Shown here piece by piece: positions 10,503 to 20,783 of a stretch of DNA of 32,000 nucleotides. The translations under genes were made by a program, and so were the position numbers. Within the stretch, counting starts at the first letter, position 1; the number at the start of each line of letters is the position of its first letter. The stretch lies in the sequence record KC012944.1; one strand, written 5' to 3'. Under the pieces are notes generated by a model. That model did not search any database and was not told where the DNA came from. It saw nothing but the letters and a program-made list of their open reading frames with translations.

Positions 10503-10895
10503 ATGTCTACAAAAACTGAGCAAATTTTAGAAGATCTAAAAAGCCTTACACTTATTGAAGTATCTGATTTAGTTGAAAAACTAGAAAAAACCTTTAATAT
10601 TGATGCTTCACAAGTTTCAGCTGGTGTTGTCATGGCTGGTGCGCCCGCTGCTATTCCAGCAGCAGTTGAAGAAGCAAAAAGCGAATTCGATGTAATTTTA
10701 GCTGAGGCTCCTCCAGCGGATAAAAAATTGGGTGTTTTAAAAATTGTACGAACATTAACAGGATTAGGTCTAAAAGAAGCGAAAGATTTAGTTGAATCTG
10801 CACCAAAAACAATTAAAGAAAAAGCATCAAAAGCAGAAGCTGATAATATGAAAAAAGAATTAGAAGAGGCGGGTGGTAAAGTTACGTTAAAATAA
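10503..10895 (+). CDS. rpl12: 50S ribosomal protein L7/L12
   Basis: 130 aa with [16 protein letters not shown] and the C-terminal [10 protein letters not shown]. Confidence 0.96.
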   Translation: MSTKTEQILEDLKSLTLIEVSDLVEKLEKTFNIDASQVSAGVVMAGAPAAIPAAVEEAKSEFDVILAEAPPADKKLGVLKIVRTLTGLGLKEAKDLVESAPKTIKEKASKAEADNMKKELEEAGGKVTLK

Positions 10896-10908
10896 AAAAT
10901 GGACTTAA

Positions 10909-10945
10909 TTTGATATTAGCTAGTAAAATACTAGCTAATATCAAA
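10909..10945. terminator. perfect 17-bp palindrome between convergent rpl12 and petD
   Basis: tttgatattagctagta (10909-10925) pairs with tactagctaatatcaaa (10929-10945) around a 3-nt loop. Confidence 0.7.
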
Positions 10946-10970
10946 ACTTATTACCTCGAAAATTAATTTT

Positions 10971-11453
10971 TTAAAATAATCCTAAAGTAATAGCTTTATT
11001 AATAGGTAAACAAGCACCAATACCTAACCAAATAGCAACAAAAGTACCAAATAAGAATACTGCAGATGCAATTGGTCTGCGGAATGGATTTTGGAAATTA
11101 TTAATATTCTCAATAAATGGAACTGTAAGTAATCCAGCTGGTACAGATGCCATTGCTAATACTCCTAATAACTTATTAGGTAAAACACGTAATAAATTAA
11201 ATGTAGGGAAGAAATACCATTCAGGAAGAATTTCTAATGGAGTTGCAAATGGGTCTGCTTTTTCACCTAAAGCTGAAGGTTCTAATACTGATAAACCAAT
11301 TACTAGTGCAAATGTCCCTAAAATAACTACTGGGAAAATGTATAAAAGATCATTTGGCCATGCTGGTTCTCCATAATAATTATGGCCCATACCTTTAGCT
11401 AATTTGGCACGTAGAACCGGGTTAGTTAAATCAGGTTTTTTTATAACTGACAT
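10971..11453 (-). CDS. petD: cytochrome b6f subunit IV
   Basis: 160 aa with [11 protein letters not shown] and [10 protein letters not shown] motifs. Confidence 0.98.
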   Translation of the reverse strand: MSVIKKPDLTNPVLRAKLAKGMGHNYYGEPAWPNDLLYIFPVVILGTFALVIGLSVLEPSALGEKADPFATPLEILPEWYFFPTFNLLRVLPNKLLGVLAMASVPAGLLTVPFIENINNFQNPFRRPIASAVFLFGTFVAIWLGIGACLPINKAITLGLF

Positions 11454-11485
11454 AATTTTTCTCCTTTTAGTAAAATTTTAACTCT

Positions 11486-12133
11486 TTAAAGTGGACCAGA
11501 AATACCTTGTTTACGGATCATTAAGAAATGCATTAACATTAATACTGCAGCTATTAAAGGTAATACAAATGTATGTAAACTATAGAATCTTGTTAAAGTT
11601 CCTTGACCAACGCTTACACCACCTCTTAAAAGTTCTACTAAAGGAGATCCTATAACTGGAATTGCTTCAGGTACACCTGTTACAATTTTACAAGCCCAAT
11701 AGCCTACTTGATCCCATGGTAATGAGTAACCAGTTACACCAAATGATACTGTTACAACTGATAGTAAAACACCTGTTGTCCATGTTAGTTCTCTTGGTTT
11801 TTTAAAACCTCCAGTTAAGTATACACGGAAAACATGGAGAACCATCATCATTACCATCATACTTGCAGACCATCTATGAATTGATCTTATAAGCCAACCA
11901 AAATTTACATCTGTCATTAAGTATTCAACTGATGCAAATGCTTCAGTAACAGTTGGTCTATAATAGAATGTCATAGCAAATCCTGTTGCCACTTGAACAA
12001 GAAAGCATGTTAATACAATTCCACCAAAACAGTAAAAAATGTTAACGTGTGGTGGAACATACTTACTAGTAATATCATCAGCTATGGCTTGAATTTCTAA
12101 TCTTTCTTCAAACCAGTCATAAACTTTTCCCAT
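11486..12133 (-). CDS. petB: cytochrome b6
   Basis: 215 aa, starts [35 protein letters not shown]. No intron. Confidence 0.98.
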   Translation of the reverse strand: MGKVYDWFEERLEIQAIADDITSKYVPPHVNIFYCFGGIVLTCFLVQVATGFAMTFYYRPTVTEAFASVEYLMTDVNFGWLIRSIHRWSASMMVMMMVLHVFRVYLTGGFKKPRELTWTTGVLLSVVTVSFGVTGYSLPWDQVGYWACKIVTGVPEAIPVIGSPLVELLRGGVSVGQGTLTRFYSLHTFVLPLIAAVLMLMHFLMIRKQGISGPL

Positions 12134-12192
12134 AAAATTAATTAAATAATCTAATACACAATTAAACCGAAAAATAAATACATTATATATCT

Positions 12193-13203
12193 CTATTCAA
12201 AATTTTTCCATACAAATAGAGTAAAGGTTTTAGGATCTCTAGTAATTTCGTCTGATCTTTTGTTCATATCAAAACTAGCAAATACAACATTTTCATTTTT
12301 GTACCCTTGTTTCGTCATTGGAATTGTCTTTAAACCTTTAAGAAACAAACTACTTAATATTAAATCATATGGTGTAATATTAATTAAACTTTTATATGTA
12401 AATAAATTTGTTTGACCCATTACACGTGAAGCTAATCTAAAACAAGCACGGTTTACAATATTTTTAATACTCCTTGCATTTGCAAATAATGGAAGTTGAC
12501 GTCTTAAGTCTAAATACTTTATAAAGACTTCTTCGGCATAAAAGCTCATTTGATATTGTCTTTCTTCAAAAAGTAATTTTGCAATTGTTAAAAGTTCTTC
12601 GCGACTATAATCTGGAAAATCAATATGATGTGCAACACGAGATGATAACCCTGGGTTTGATCGATAAAAAAGTTTCATTGGTTCACTATATCCGGCGAAT
12701 ATTAAAACGATATCAGTACGATTATTTTCCATTACTTGTAATATCATTTCGATTGCTTCACCACCATAGTCTTTTTCATTGTTAGGTTTATAAAGATAAT
12801 AAGCCTCGTCAATTAACAAAACACCACCCATGGCCTTTTCTAGCACATCTTTTGTTTTTGGTGCTGTTTGACCCACAAATTGAGCTACAAGATCGTCTCT
12901 ACTTACCACAACTAGTTGCCCACGTGATAAATATCCAAGATTTTGCAATAATTCGGCCATTCTTGAAGCAACAGTACTTTTCCCTGTACCCGGGCTGCCT
13001 GTAAACGACATATGTAAACCAGGATAATATTTGCTTAATCCAAAATCCTGACGTATTTTATCCATGAAAAGAATAGCCGTAATTTCAGTAATTCTTTTTT
13101 TTACTGATTGTAAACCAATAAGATCATCATCTAATTTTTGTAAGCTTTCATTAATTTTATAAGTTTTTTTTAATTCTTGAATATCAATATTTTTAGAGTC
13201 CAT
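12193..13203 (-). CDS. cbbX: red-type Rubisco activase CbbX (AAA+)
   Basis: Walker [10 protein letters not shown], Walker B LLIDEAY, and the CbbX-typical LIGL..VK and NARS..N motifs. At 336 aa it is longer than I expect at the C-terminus. Confidence 0.93.
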   Translation of the reverse strand: MDSKNIDIQELKKTYKINESLQKLDDDLIGLQSVKKRITEITAILFMDKIRQDFGLSKYYPGLHMSFTGSPGTGKSTVASRMAELLQNLGYLSRGQLVVVSRDDLVAQFVGQTAPKTKDVLEKAMGGVLLIDEAYYLYKPNNEKDYGGEAIEMILQVMENNRTDIVLIFAGYSEPMKLFYRSNPGLSSRVAHHIDFPDYSREELLTIAKLLFEERQYQMSFYAEEVFIKYLDLRRQLPLFANARSIKNIVNRACFRLASRVMGQTNLFTYKSLINITPYDLILSSLFLKGLKTIPMTKQGYKNENVVFASFDMNKRSDEITRDPKTFTLFVWKNFE

Positions 13204-13355
13204 TTAAAAATTTACAAATTATACATGCCATTTTTCGAAATTTTTTGTACGTAAATAAATTTCTTAATAAATCTTAGTTAAATAAGAGTTAACAGCTTTA
13301 TTTTAAAATAAAATTCAAGCTATCATAGTTTTTAGTAAACTATATAAAAATAGAA

Positions 13356-13428
13356 GGCTTTGTAGCTCAGTGGTTAGAGCAGGGGACTCATAAGCCCAAG
13401 GTCGCAGGTTCAAGTCCCGCCAAAGCCA
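13356..13428 (+). tRNA. trnI: tRNA with CAU anticodon, probably tRNA-Ile2 (lysidine type) rather than elongator Met
   Basis: 73 nt, loop CTCATAA. The body closely resembles my recollection of bacterial ileX (TAGCTCAGTGGTTAGAGCAGG.GACTCATAA....GGTCGC.GGTTCAAGTCC). The Ile versus Met assignment is not certain. Confidence 0.7.
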
Positions 13429-13445
13429 ACGTAAAAATAATAAAT

Positions 13446-13534
13446 GGAGAGATGGCTGAGTGGTCGAAAGCGGCAGATTGCTAATCTGTTGTACAAGCTT
13501 AATTGTACCGAGGGTTCGAATCCCTTTCTCTCCT
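13446..13534 (+). tRNA. trnS: tRNA-Ser(GCU)
   Basis: 89 nt, acceptor GGAGAGA/TCTCTCC, anticodon loop TTGCTAA, long variable arm GTACAA..TTGTAC. Confidence 0.88.
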
Positions 13535-13587
13535 AGGCTTATTTATATTTAGCCTGTAAAGTGTTATAAAAAGCTTAATGCAAATAA

Positions 13588-13661
13588 GGGGTTGTAGCTT
13601 AATTGGTTAGAGTACCGCCCTGTCACGGCGGAAGTTGCGGGTTCGAGTCCCGTCAATCCCG
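13588..13661 (+). tRNA. trnD: tRNA-Asp(GUC)
   Basis: 74 nt, anticodon stem CCGCC/GGCGG, loop CTGTCAC, T-loop TTCGAGT. Confidence 0.9.
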
Positions 13662-13706
13662 ATAGTTTCTTCTTTATGTCAAGTAAGTAACAAGTCTTTT
13701 TTATAA

Positions 13707-13740
13707 TCAGAGCTATGAGTAACTCTATTCATAGCTCTGA
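13707..13740. terminator. perfect 12-bp hairpin between convergent trnD cluster and ftsH
   Basis: tcagagctatga (13707-13718) pairs with tcatagctctga (13729-13740) around a 10-nt loop, 10 nt beyond the ftsH stop. Confidence 0.65.
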
Positions 13741-13749
13741 CTATAATTT

Positions 13750-15843
13750 TTATTTATTTTCAGCAGCTAATAAATTGACTACTGACGCTAATTTATTACT
13801 TTTTTCAACTCTAGTAGAAGCTTCAGACATAACATCTTCAAGAATTTTTTCTTCGTCTTCTTGTGATTTTATAGATTTTATTTTTTCAATGTACTTCTCC
13901 GTATTTAATAATTCTTCCATTTCTTCTCTAATTAGTTCAACAACAGGAGAATTTTGTCTCAGTTTGCTCGAAGGTAAAATTAGACGAATTGGTTTTGCCT
14001 CAGCTAATAAACTTCTTATTTCATAGCCTTCTAAAGTTTCTTTTTGGATTATTTTATTAACTAACTTATCTAATAAAATACGATTTTCTTGAATGATTGA
14101 TAACGCCTCGTTGTAAGCATGCTCAATATGAAGTCTAACCATTGTATCAATTAATGTAGTTAGTTCCTCAGAATAACCTTGACTTGAACCACGCATCATA
14201 GCGTCTCTTGGTTGTTGATCTTCTAGTGCAACAGGGCCTAGTGGCGACATACCATATTCTGTAACAATTTGTCGAGCTAAAAAAGTTGCTCGTTGAATAT
14301 CATCCACACCTACAGTCGTTACTTCAGCTTTTCCGAATACTACTTCCTCTGCAGCTCTACCTGCTAAAAGCGAAACTAAACGTGTTAATAATTGATTTCT
14401 AGAGTACATAGTCTCTTCACTTGGTACATAAGTTGTTGAAGATTTTGTACGACCGCGAGGTATTAAAGAAACCATTTCAACAGGATCATGGTATTCAAGT
14501 AAAGATGCTGTTAATGCATGACCTACTTCATGATATGCTAAGATACGTTTATAACGATTTTCTTCCATTGGGGGTTTAGGAATACCACCCGTTACCTTAT
14601 CAAGCGCTTCATTTAAGCGTTTTACAGTTATTGATTTTTCATTGTACCTAGCAGTAAGAATTGCTGCTTCATTCATTACATTTGCTAAATCTGCACCTGA
14701 AAATCCAGGAGTACGTTTAGCTACAGTATCTAATTGAACATCTGCATCTATTTTTTTGTCTTTAGCATGAACTTTAAGAATGGATAAACGCGCTTTTGAA
14801 TCTGGAAATCCTACAACAAGTTGTCTATCAAAACGCCCAGGTCTTAATAAAGCTGAATCTAAAATATCTACACGGTTAGTTGCAGCAATTACTATGACCC
14901 CATTATTTGTTTCAAAACCATCCATTTCAGTTAAAAGCTGATTTAACGTTTGTTCTCGCTCATCGTTACCACCTCCAACTCCAGATCCCCTCTGTCTACC
15001 AACTGCATCTATTTCATCAATAAAAATAATGCAAGGGGTTTTTGCTTTAGCTCTTTTAAAAAGGTCACGAATTCTTGAAGCCCCTATTCCGACGAATAAT
15101 TCTACAAACTCTGATGCTGAACAACTAAAGAAAGGGACTTTTGCCTCGCCTGCAATAGCTTTAGCTAGTAATGTTTTACCTGTCCCAGGAGGTCCTGATA
15201 ATAAAACTCCTTTAGGAATTTTTGCACCAACTCGAGTGTAACGTTCTGGTTTTTTTAAAAATGTAACAATTTCTTGGAATTCTTCTTTTACTTCATCAAT
15301 ACCGGCAACATCATCAAAGGTAACACCTGTTACAGGTACACTATCGTATCTTGCCTTGGTTTGAAAAAATTGTCTGAAACCAAAAGGATTAAATGGATTG
15401 TTTCCACCTCCTGATGAATTACGTCTTGATTTAGCCGAATTATCTGAAGCTCGATTAAATAAAAAATACCCACCTAAAATAATACCAAGTAAAATTGAAA
15501 CTGTAACAAAATTTACAGAAAAAAATTCAAATGGCTTATTAGATTGTTCTATTGCATGAACATCAAAATTTATTCCGGAGTCTTTAAGCTTACGTATAAG
15601 TTTAATATCTTTATTAGGAACGTTTACTCCAATTCGTTGTGATTTATAACCAGATTCTGGTGTAGATGCTTCAACAACTGCAAATTTTGAGTTATTATAA
15701 AAATCGACACGTTTTACCCATCCATTTTCAATATATTCTAAAAATCTACCATACGTAATTATGGAAGTTGGTGCAGTCGCCGTATCATTTACGCTTTCTA
15801 TTGCAATGAGAGTTTCTGCACTACCTGTAAGTAATCCAATCAT
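13750..15843 (-). CDS. ftsH: ATP-dependent zinc metalloprotease FtsH (ycf25)
   Basis: 697 aa with Walker [14 protein letters not shown], Walker [13 protein letters not shown] and the HEVGH zinc site. AGGAGG Shine-Dalgarno upstream of the ATG. Confidence 0.97.
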   Translation of the reverse strand: MIGLLTGSAETLIAIESVNDTATAPTSIITYGRFLEYIENGWVKRVDFYNNSKFAVVEASTPESGYKSQRIGVNVPNKDIKLIRKLKDSGINFDVHAIEQSNKPFEFFSVNFVTVSILLGIILGGYFLFNRASDNSAKSRRNSSGGGNNPFNPFGFRQFFQTKARYDSVPVTGVTFDDVAGIDEVKEEFQEIVTFLKKPERYTRVGAKIPKGVLLSGPPGTGKTLLAKAIAGEAKVPFFSCSASEFVELFVGIGASRIRDLFKRAKAKTPCIIFIDEIDAVGRQRGSGVGGGNDEREQTLNQLLTEMDGFETNNGVIVIAATNRVDILDSALLRPGRFDRQLVVGFPDSKARLSILKVHAKDKKIDADVQLDTVAKRTPGFSGADLANVMNEAAILTARYNEKSITVKRLNEALDKVTGGIPKPPMEENRYKRILAYHEVGHALTASLLEYHDPVEMVSLIPRGRTKSSTTYVPSEETMYSRNQLLTRLVSLLAGRAAEEVVFGKAEVTTVGVDDIQRATFLARQIVTEYGMSPLGPVALEDQQPRDAMMRGSSQGYSEELTTLIDTMVRLHIEHAYNEALSIIQENRILLDKLVNKIIQKETLEGYEIRSLLAEAKPIRLILPSSKLRQNSPVVELIREEMEELLNTEKYIEKIKSIKSQEDEEKILEDVMSEASTRVEKSNKLASVVNLLAAENK

Positions 15844-16042
15844 AAAATCAAATCCTCCTAAGAAATAATCTATTTTTCTAAGTGTTATACAAAATAACTA
15901 TATTTTCCTTACTTAATATTATATACCGCTTTTCCAACCAAAATTAATTATTTTCAAAAACTTTTCATATTGAGTATTCTGCCTTTTTTTAAAAATATTA
16001 ATTAAGATAATAAAGACTTAAAAACCAGGGGAAAAATTTCAA

Positions 16043-16246
16043 ATGATTCAAAAAGGCTCAACAGTTCGAATTTTGCGCAAAGAATCTTATTGGTATAATG
16101 AATCAGGAACGGTAGTAGTTGTTGATCAAGGTAAATTACGTTATCCCGTTTTAGTTAGGTTTACAAAAGTAAACTATACTGGAACAAATACAAATAATTT
16201 CGCACTTAATGAGGTTGAAGAAGTTATTACAAAAAAATCATCTTAA
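16043..16246 (+). CDS. psaE: photosystem I subunit IV
   Basis: 67 aa, [33 protein letters not shown]. Confidence 0.96.
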   Translation: MIQKGSTVRILRKESYWYNESGTVVVVDQGKLRYPVLVRFTKVNYTGTNTNNFALNEVEEVITKKSS

Positions 16247-16258
16247 ACAATTTTATTT

Positions 16259-16285
16259 TGGTCATGGAAACGTTTTCCATGACCA
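16259..16285. terminator. 12-bp hairpin between convergent psaE and psbH
   Basis: tggtcatggaaa pairs with tttccatgacca around a 3-nt loop. Confidence 0.65.
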
Positions 16286-16331
16286 GTAAACTTTAAAAGT
16301 TATTCAAAATTTATTTAAAAGTAACAAAATT

Positions 16332-16535
16332 TTATCGAGATAAGTTGCCCCAATCTACATCAACATCATTTAAAATAAGTGATGAGTTGTAAATTTGAAG
16401 AATAATCAATAAAAATACAAGAAATAAAGCCATTACAAAACCCATAATTGGTGTACTCCCCCAACCAGGTCCAACCTTTCCATATTCAGAATTTAAAGGT
16501 CGTAAAATTGCTCCTAGCTTGGTTTTAAAAGTCAT
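16332..16535 (-). CDS. psbH: photosystem II phosphoprotein H
   Basis: 67 aa, [22 protein letters not shown] followed by a TM helix. Confidence 0.95.
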   Translation of the reverse strand: MTFKTKLGAILRPLNSEYGKVGPGWGSTPIMGFVMALFLVFLLIILQIYNSSLILNDVDVDWGNLSR

Positions 16536-16569
16536 TAGTTATTTCTCCTTTTAGACTTACAAACAAAAG

Positions 16570-16600
16570 AATCAAATATTTCAAAATGAAATACTTGATT
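16570..16600 (-). other. 14-bp stem (one A.C mismatch) in the psbH leader / psbT-psbH intercistronic region
   Basis: aatcaaatatttca pairs with tgaaatacttgatt around a 3-nt loop. Confidence 0.35.
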
Positions 16601-16717
16601 GAAGACAAGTTATAATATATTTAGGAAAACTTACGAAACCAAGATTTACTAATTTAATATTAAGTAGATATTGGTTCAATAAGTTGAACTATATTTATAA
16701 AGAACAAGTAAATAAAA

Positions 16718-16876
16718 ATGAATACAAATATCACAATGGATAGCGTGGATTCTGCCTTGCTCTTAGTTACATTCTTAGAATGTTTATTGCTTGGTATAGT
16801 GGTTTATGCAGTTTATGTATCTTTTGGTCCACCCGCTCAAGACCTTCGTGATCCTTTTGAAGAACACGAAGATTAA
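16718..16876 (+). CDS. psbN: photosystem II assembly protein PsbN
   Basis: Hand translation ends ..YAVYVSFGPPAQDLRDPFEEHED, the PsbN consensus C-terminus. Lies antisense between psbT and psbH, as is universal. The alternative in-frame ATG at 16736 gives 46 aa. Confidence 0.9.
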   Translation: MNTNITMDSVDSALLLVTFLECLLLGIVVYAVYVSFGPPAQDLRDPFEEHED

Positions 16877-16883
16877 ATATTAA

Positions 16884-16911
16884 CGTATCATAACAGTTGT
16901 GTTATGATACG
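16884..16911. terminator. 11-bp hairpin between convergent psbN and psbT
   Basis: cgtatcataac pairs with gttatgatacg around a 6-nt loop, abutting the psbT stop. Confidence 0.6.
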
Positions 16912-16912
16912 A

Positions 16913-17011
16913 TTATTTAGTAATAATACGTGGTGGTTCACGAAAGAAAACTGCAAAGAAGATTACCATTAAAGTTCCTATAAGTAAAAACGTGTAAACT
17001 AGTGCTTCCAT
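16913..17011 (-). CDS. psbT: photosystem II protein T
   Basis: Hand translation gives [32 protein letters not shown] (32 aa), the PsbT consensus. Confidence 0.93.
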   Translation of the reverse strand: MEALVYTFLLIGTLMVIFFAVFFREPPRIITK

Positions 17012-17025
17012 TTTTTATTTCCTAT

Positions 17026-18555
17026 TTAAATAAAACCTTGTCTTCTTGTACTTTCGTCACCTAATTTCTGAAGTACACCAAATTCAATTTGATCACTAAT
17101 ACTTGCATCAATACCAGTAAATACGTCACGATAAAGTGTTCTTGCTCCGTGCCAAAGATGTCCTAGGAAGAAGATAAGAGCAAAGTTAGCGTGACCAAAT
17201 GTGTACCATCCTCTTGGACTACTTCTAAATACTCCATCAGATTCTAAACTTGTTCTATCAAACTCAAATACTTCTCCAAGTTGAGCTTTACGCGCATATT
17301 TTTTAACAGTAGGAGCATCTTTAAAGGTTTGACCATTAAGTTTACCACCATAGAAATTTACATTTACACCAACTTGTTCAATACTATATTTAGATTCAGC
17401 ACGACGGAATGGAATATCCGCACGGATGATACCATCTTTATCTAATAAAAGAACTGGGAATGTTTCAAAGAATGCTGGCATACGACGCACTGTTAATTCT
17501 CTACCTTCACGATCTGTGAAAATTGGGTGACCTAACCATGCTTCTGCGATACCATCACCTTTATTCATTGGACCTGCACGAAATAAACCACCTTTTGCAG
17601 GGTTATTTCCAATGTAATCATAGAATGCTAGTTTATCTGGAATACGAGCCCATGCTTGTGACTTCGATAATCCTTCAGCAACTGAATTTTCAACACGTCT
17701 TTCAATTTCTTGTTGGAAATATCCACTGTCCCATTGATAACGTGTAGGACCAAATAATTCAATTGGTGTAGTTGCTGAACCATACCACATAGTTCCTGAT
17801 GTAACGAACGCAGCAAAAAATACTGCAGCAATACTACTAGATAATACTGTTTCAATATTACCCATTCTTAATCCACGATATAAACGTTGAGGTGGTCTCA
17901 CAATAATGTGGAAAAACCCTGCAAGAATACCAAATGTTCCTGCTGCAATGTGATGAGCGGCAACACCACCAGGATTAAATGGATTAAATCCATCAGGACC
18001 CCAAGATGGTGCAACTCCTTGGACTTTTCCTGTTAAACCGTAAGCATCTGATAGCCAGATCCCAGGTCCAAAAAACCCTGTTACATGAAAAGCACCAAAT
18101 CCTAAACAAAGTATACCTGATAAAAATAGATGAATACCAAATACTTTAGGTAAATCTAATGATATCTCATCCGATCTTTGGATATTAAAAATATCTAAAT
18201 CCCAATATACCCAATGCCAAATAGCAGCAAGAAATAATAGGCCTGAAAGTACGATGTGTGTTAATGCAACACCTTCGTAACTCCATAATCCAGGATTTAA
18301 GCCACTTTCACCAGTAACACTCCAACCACCCCACGAATCAGTTACGCCTAATCTTGTCATAAAAGGCATAACAAACATACCTTGTCTCCACATAGGATTC
18401 AAGATAGGATCTGATGGATCAAAAATTGCAAGTTCATATAAAGCCATTGAACCAGCCCACCCTGAAACTAAAGCAGTATGCATAATGTGAACTGCTAATA
18501 GTCTTCCAGGATCATTTAATACTACGGTATGGACACGATACCAAGGTAATGCCAT
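17026..18555 (-). CDS. psbB: photosystem II CP47 chlorophyll apoprotein
   Basis: 509 aa, starts [24 protein letters not shown] Shine-Dalgarno upstream. Confidence 0.99.
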   Translation of the reverse strand: MALPWYRVHTVVLNDPGRLLAVHIMHTALVSGWAGSMALYELAIFDPSDPILNPMWRQGMFVMPFMTRLGVTDSWGGWSVTGESGLNPGLWSYEGVALTHIVLSGLLFLAAIWHWVYWDLDIFNIQRSDEISLDLPKVFGIHLFLSGILCLGFGAFHVTGFFGPGIWLSDAYGLTGKVQGVAPSWGPDGFNPFNPGGVAAHHIAAGTFGILAGFFHIIVRPPQRLYRGLRMGNIETVLSSSIAAVFFAAFVTSGTMWYGSATTPIELFGPTRYQWDSGYFQQEIERRVENSVAEGLSKSQAWARIPDKLAFYDYIGNNPAKGGLFRAGPMNKGDGIAEAWLGHPIFTDREGRELTVRRMPAFFETFPVLLLDKDGIIRADIPFRRAESKYSIEQVGVNVNFYGGKLNGQTFKDAPTVKKYARKAQLGEVFEFDRTSLESDGVFRSSPRGWYTFGHANFALIFFLGHLWHGARTLYRDVFTGIDASISDQIEFGVLQKLGDESTRRQGFI

Positions 18556-18607
18556 TCTTTTCGCCTCCGTTTAGATGGTTTGACTTTCTTGAAAAAAAAC
18601 TAAATTA

Positions 18608-18634
18608 TTTTGTTGTTTAGTTTTTTGTTGTTTA
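18608..18634 (-). repeat. 12-nt direct repeat (ttttgttgttta x2, 15-nt period) in the psbB leader
   Basis: Copies at 18608-18619 and 18623-18634, read directly, 50-80 nt upstream of the psbB start. Confidence 0.4.
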
Positions 18635-18702
18635 TTAAAAAAAAATAAACTTATTTAATTATAATTGTGATCAATTAAAAACTGACTAATTTTATAAAAG
18701 TC

Positions 18703-18730
18703 TTTACTAAATTATAAAACTTTGTATAAT
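18703..18730 (+). promoter_or_regulatory. promoter candidate for petF (TTTACT-16 nt-TATAAT)
   Basis: Perfect -10 TATAAT at 18725-18730 preceded directly by TG. The -35-like TTTACT lies at 18703-18708, about 65 nt upstream of the ATG. Confidence 0.35.
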
Positions 18731-18799
18731 CAAAAACGAAACCCGATCTAATGATCAAGAATTTTAGAAAAAATTATAGGAAAAGAAAATTATATATCA

Positions 18800-19108
18800 A
18801 TGGCAACAACATATAAAGTAAAACTTATTTATCCTACTGATGCTGAAGATGCTAACCGTTTTATTGATTGTGATGACGATGAATACATTTTAGATGCTGC
18901 AGAAGAAAACGGATTTGAACTACCTTATTCTTGTAGATCTGGTTCTTGTTCAACTTGTGCAGGACGTGTAGTAGGTGGTACAATTGATCAATCAGAACAG
19001 TCGTTTTTAGAAGACGATCAAGTTGCAGAAGGATTCGTATTAACTTGTGTTGCTTATCCCGCATCTGATTGTCAAATTTTAACAAATCAAGAAGATGAGC
19101 TTTATTAA
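18800..19108 (+). CDS. petF: [2Fe-2S] ferredoxin
   Basis: 102 aa, cluster ligands in [13 protein letters not shown] and LTCVAYP. Confidence 0.97.
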   Translation: MATTYKVKLIYPTDAEDANRFIDCDDDEYILDAAEENGFELPYSCRSGSCSTCAGRVVGGTIDQSEQSFLEDDQVAEGFVLTCVAYPASDCQILTNQEDELY

Positions 19109-19123
19109 GCTTTAAATCTTTAC

Positions 19124-19162
19124 AATAAGATAAAGTTAAGTTAAACTTAACTTTATCTTATT
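19124..19162. terminator. near-perfect 39-bp palindrome (19-bp arms) between convergent petF and rps10
   Basis: aataagataaagttaagtt (19124-19142) pairs with aacttaactttatcttatt (19144-19162). Confidence 0.7.
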
Positions 19163-19169
19163 AATTTTT

Positions 19170-19517
19170 TTAATTTATTTGATTGAAAAAGATAGAAATA
19201 TCAACTCCTGGAGGAAATGAAATAGCACTTAAAAGATTAATGTAATTTTTTTTAGGTACTTGAATATCGAATATCCATTTATGTCTTCTTATTTCAAATT
19301 GTTCTTGTGATGATTTATCAACGTGAGGAGATCTTAACAATGAGTAGTAACGTTTTTTTACAGGTAGGCGGACAGGACCTTTAAGTAGAGTTTGTCCACT
19401 ATAAATGCCATCTAGTCGTTTTAGTTCTTTTTCTAGTAACAAACTACTTATTCTTAATACCCTTGAATTATAAGCTTTTAATCGAATACGAAAATTGATT
19501 TCTCCATTTTTCGTCAT
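19170..19517 (-). CDS. rps10: 30S ribosomal protein S10
   Basis: 115 aa, IRLKAY....L and PVRLP.KK..Y.LLRSPHVDK.S.EQFE.R.H. Canonical position after tufA. Confidence 0.9.
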   Translation of the reverse strand: MTKNGEINFRIRLKAYNSRVLRISSLLLEKELKRLDGIYSGQTLLKGPVRLPVKKRYYSLLRSPHVDKSSQEQFEIRRHKWIFDIQVPKKNYINLLSAISFPPGVDISIFFNQIN

Positions 19518-19553
19518 ATTATATTTTAGCCTCTTTATTAAGAATAATTTTCT

Positions 19554-20783
19554 CTATTCTAAAATTTTTGATACAACACCTGCCCCAATTGTTCTGCCAC
19601 CTTCACGAATAGCAAAACGCATCCCTGCTTCAATAGCAATAGGTGAGATTAGTTCTGCTGTCATTTTAATACGGTCACCTGGAATTACCATTTCTGCGGC
19701 TGCTCCATCATCAGCAGTAAATCCTGTAATATTGCCAGTAACGTCTGTTGTTCTAACATAAAATTGAGGTCTATATCCTGGCAAAAATGGCGTATGACGT
19801 CCACCTTCTTCTTTCTTTAGAATATAAACTTCGGCTTCAAAGCGTTTATGTGGTTTAATAGTACCTGGTTTAGCCAAAACCATTCCTCTTTGAATATCAC
19901 CTTTTTGAACACCACGTAATAAAATACCGATATTATCTCCAGCAAACCCTTCATCCAGTGTTTTTTGAAACATTTCTAAACCAGTAACCGTTGTTGTTTT
20001 TGTTTCTACAATACCAACAATTTCAATTGTTTCACCGACTTTAATAGTGCCACGTTCAATTCTTCCTGTTGCAACTGTACCACGGCCTGTAATTGAAAAT
20101 ACATCTTCAACAGCCATTAAGAATGTTTTATCAACATCACGGACTGGTGTCGGAATGTAACTATCAACAGCATCCATTAGATCAAAAATTTTATCGACCC
20201 ATTGGTTTTCACCACGTTTTGTAACAGTACTATTTGATACGGCTTCTAAAGCCATTAAAGCTGATCCTGAAACAAAAGGTATTTCTTCACCAGGGAAATC
20301 ATAGTTTGATAGTAACTCACGCACCTCAAGTTCTACTAACTCCAGAAGCTCATCATCATCAACTTGATCTGCTTTATTCAAAAATACAACAATATGAGGT
20401 ACACCTACCTGTTTTGCTAAAAGAATATGCTCACGTGTTTGGGGCATTGGCCCATCAGCTGCTGAAACAACAAGGATAGCTCCATCCATTTGAGCAGCAC
20501 CGGTAATCATATTTTTTACATAATCCGCATGGCCGGGACAATCCACATGCGCATAATGACGTGTTTCTGTCTGGTACTCTACATGGGCTGTGTTAATTGT
20601 AATACCACGTGCTTTTTCTTCTGGAGCTGCATCAATGTCATCATATTTTTTAGCTTTCGAATCTCCTAAAAGAGAAAGTGTACTTGTAATCGCAGCTGTT
20701 AGTGTTGTCTTACCATGGTCTACATGACCAATTGTACCAATATTTACATGAGGTTTTGTACGTTCAAACTTTTCGCGAGCCAT
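19554..20783 (-). CDS. tufA: elongation factor Tu
   Basis: 409 aa, [22 protein letters not shown]. Confidence 0.99.
   Translation of the reverse strand: MAREKFERTKPHVNIGTIGHVDHGKTTLTAAITSTLSLLGDSKAKKYDDIDAAPEEKARGITINTAHVEYQTETRHYAHVDCPGHADYVKNMITGAAQMDGAILVVSAADGPMPQTREHILLAKQVGVPHIVVFLNKADQVDDDELLELVELEVRELLSNYDFPGEEIPFVSGSALMALEAVSNSTVTKRGENQWVDKIFDLMDAVDSYIPTPVRDVDKTFLMAVEDVFSITGRGTVATGRIERGTIKVGETIEIVGIVETKTTTVTGLEMFQKTLDEGFAGDNIGILLRGVQKGDIQRGMVLAKPGTIKPHKRFEAEVYILKKEEGGRHTPFLPGYRPQFYVRTTDVTGNITGFTADDGAAAEMVIPGDRIKMTAELISPIAIEAGMRFAIREGGRTIGAGVVSKILE

Noticed and set aside
12579-12785. 68-aa plus-strand ORF inside cbbX
   Set aside because: It is antisense to a conserved AAA+ gene and has no support.
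13715-14026. 103-aa plus-strand ORF (S/F/L-rich) starting in the trnD-ftsH spacer
   Set aside because: It lies antisense to the ftsH C-terminal tail, and its start sits inside the 13707-13740 terminator hairpin. The serine/phenylalanine-rich composition is what the complement of an E/K-rich coding region produces. The ftsH frame is contiguous with conserved sequence, so ftsH is preferred.
15029-15241. 70-aa plus-strand ORF inside the ftsH ATPase domain
   Set aside because: It is antisense to the most conserved part of ftsH.
16536-16717. Searched for a consensus promoter for psbN (a TATAAT lies at about 16613-16618)
   Set aside because: No acceptable -35 hexamer lies at 16-18 nt spacing. TATAAT alone is expected by chance in this base composition.
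17523-17855. Two overlapping 74-75-aa ORFs (one plus strand, one minus strand off-frame) inside psbB
   Set aside because: Both are shadow ORFs within CP47.
18861-19085. 74-aa minus-strand ORF inside petF
   Set aside because: It is antisense to the ferredoxin gene.
19495-19761. 88-aa plus-strand ORF spanning the rps10 start and tufA 3' end; also 20234-20479 inside tufA
   Set aside because: Both are antisense to conserved genes. The first would have to cross an intergenic spacer on the wrong strand.
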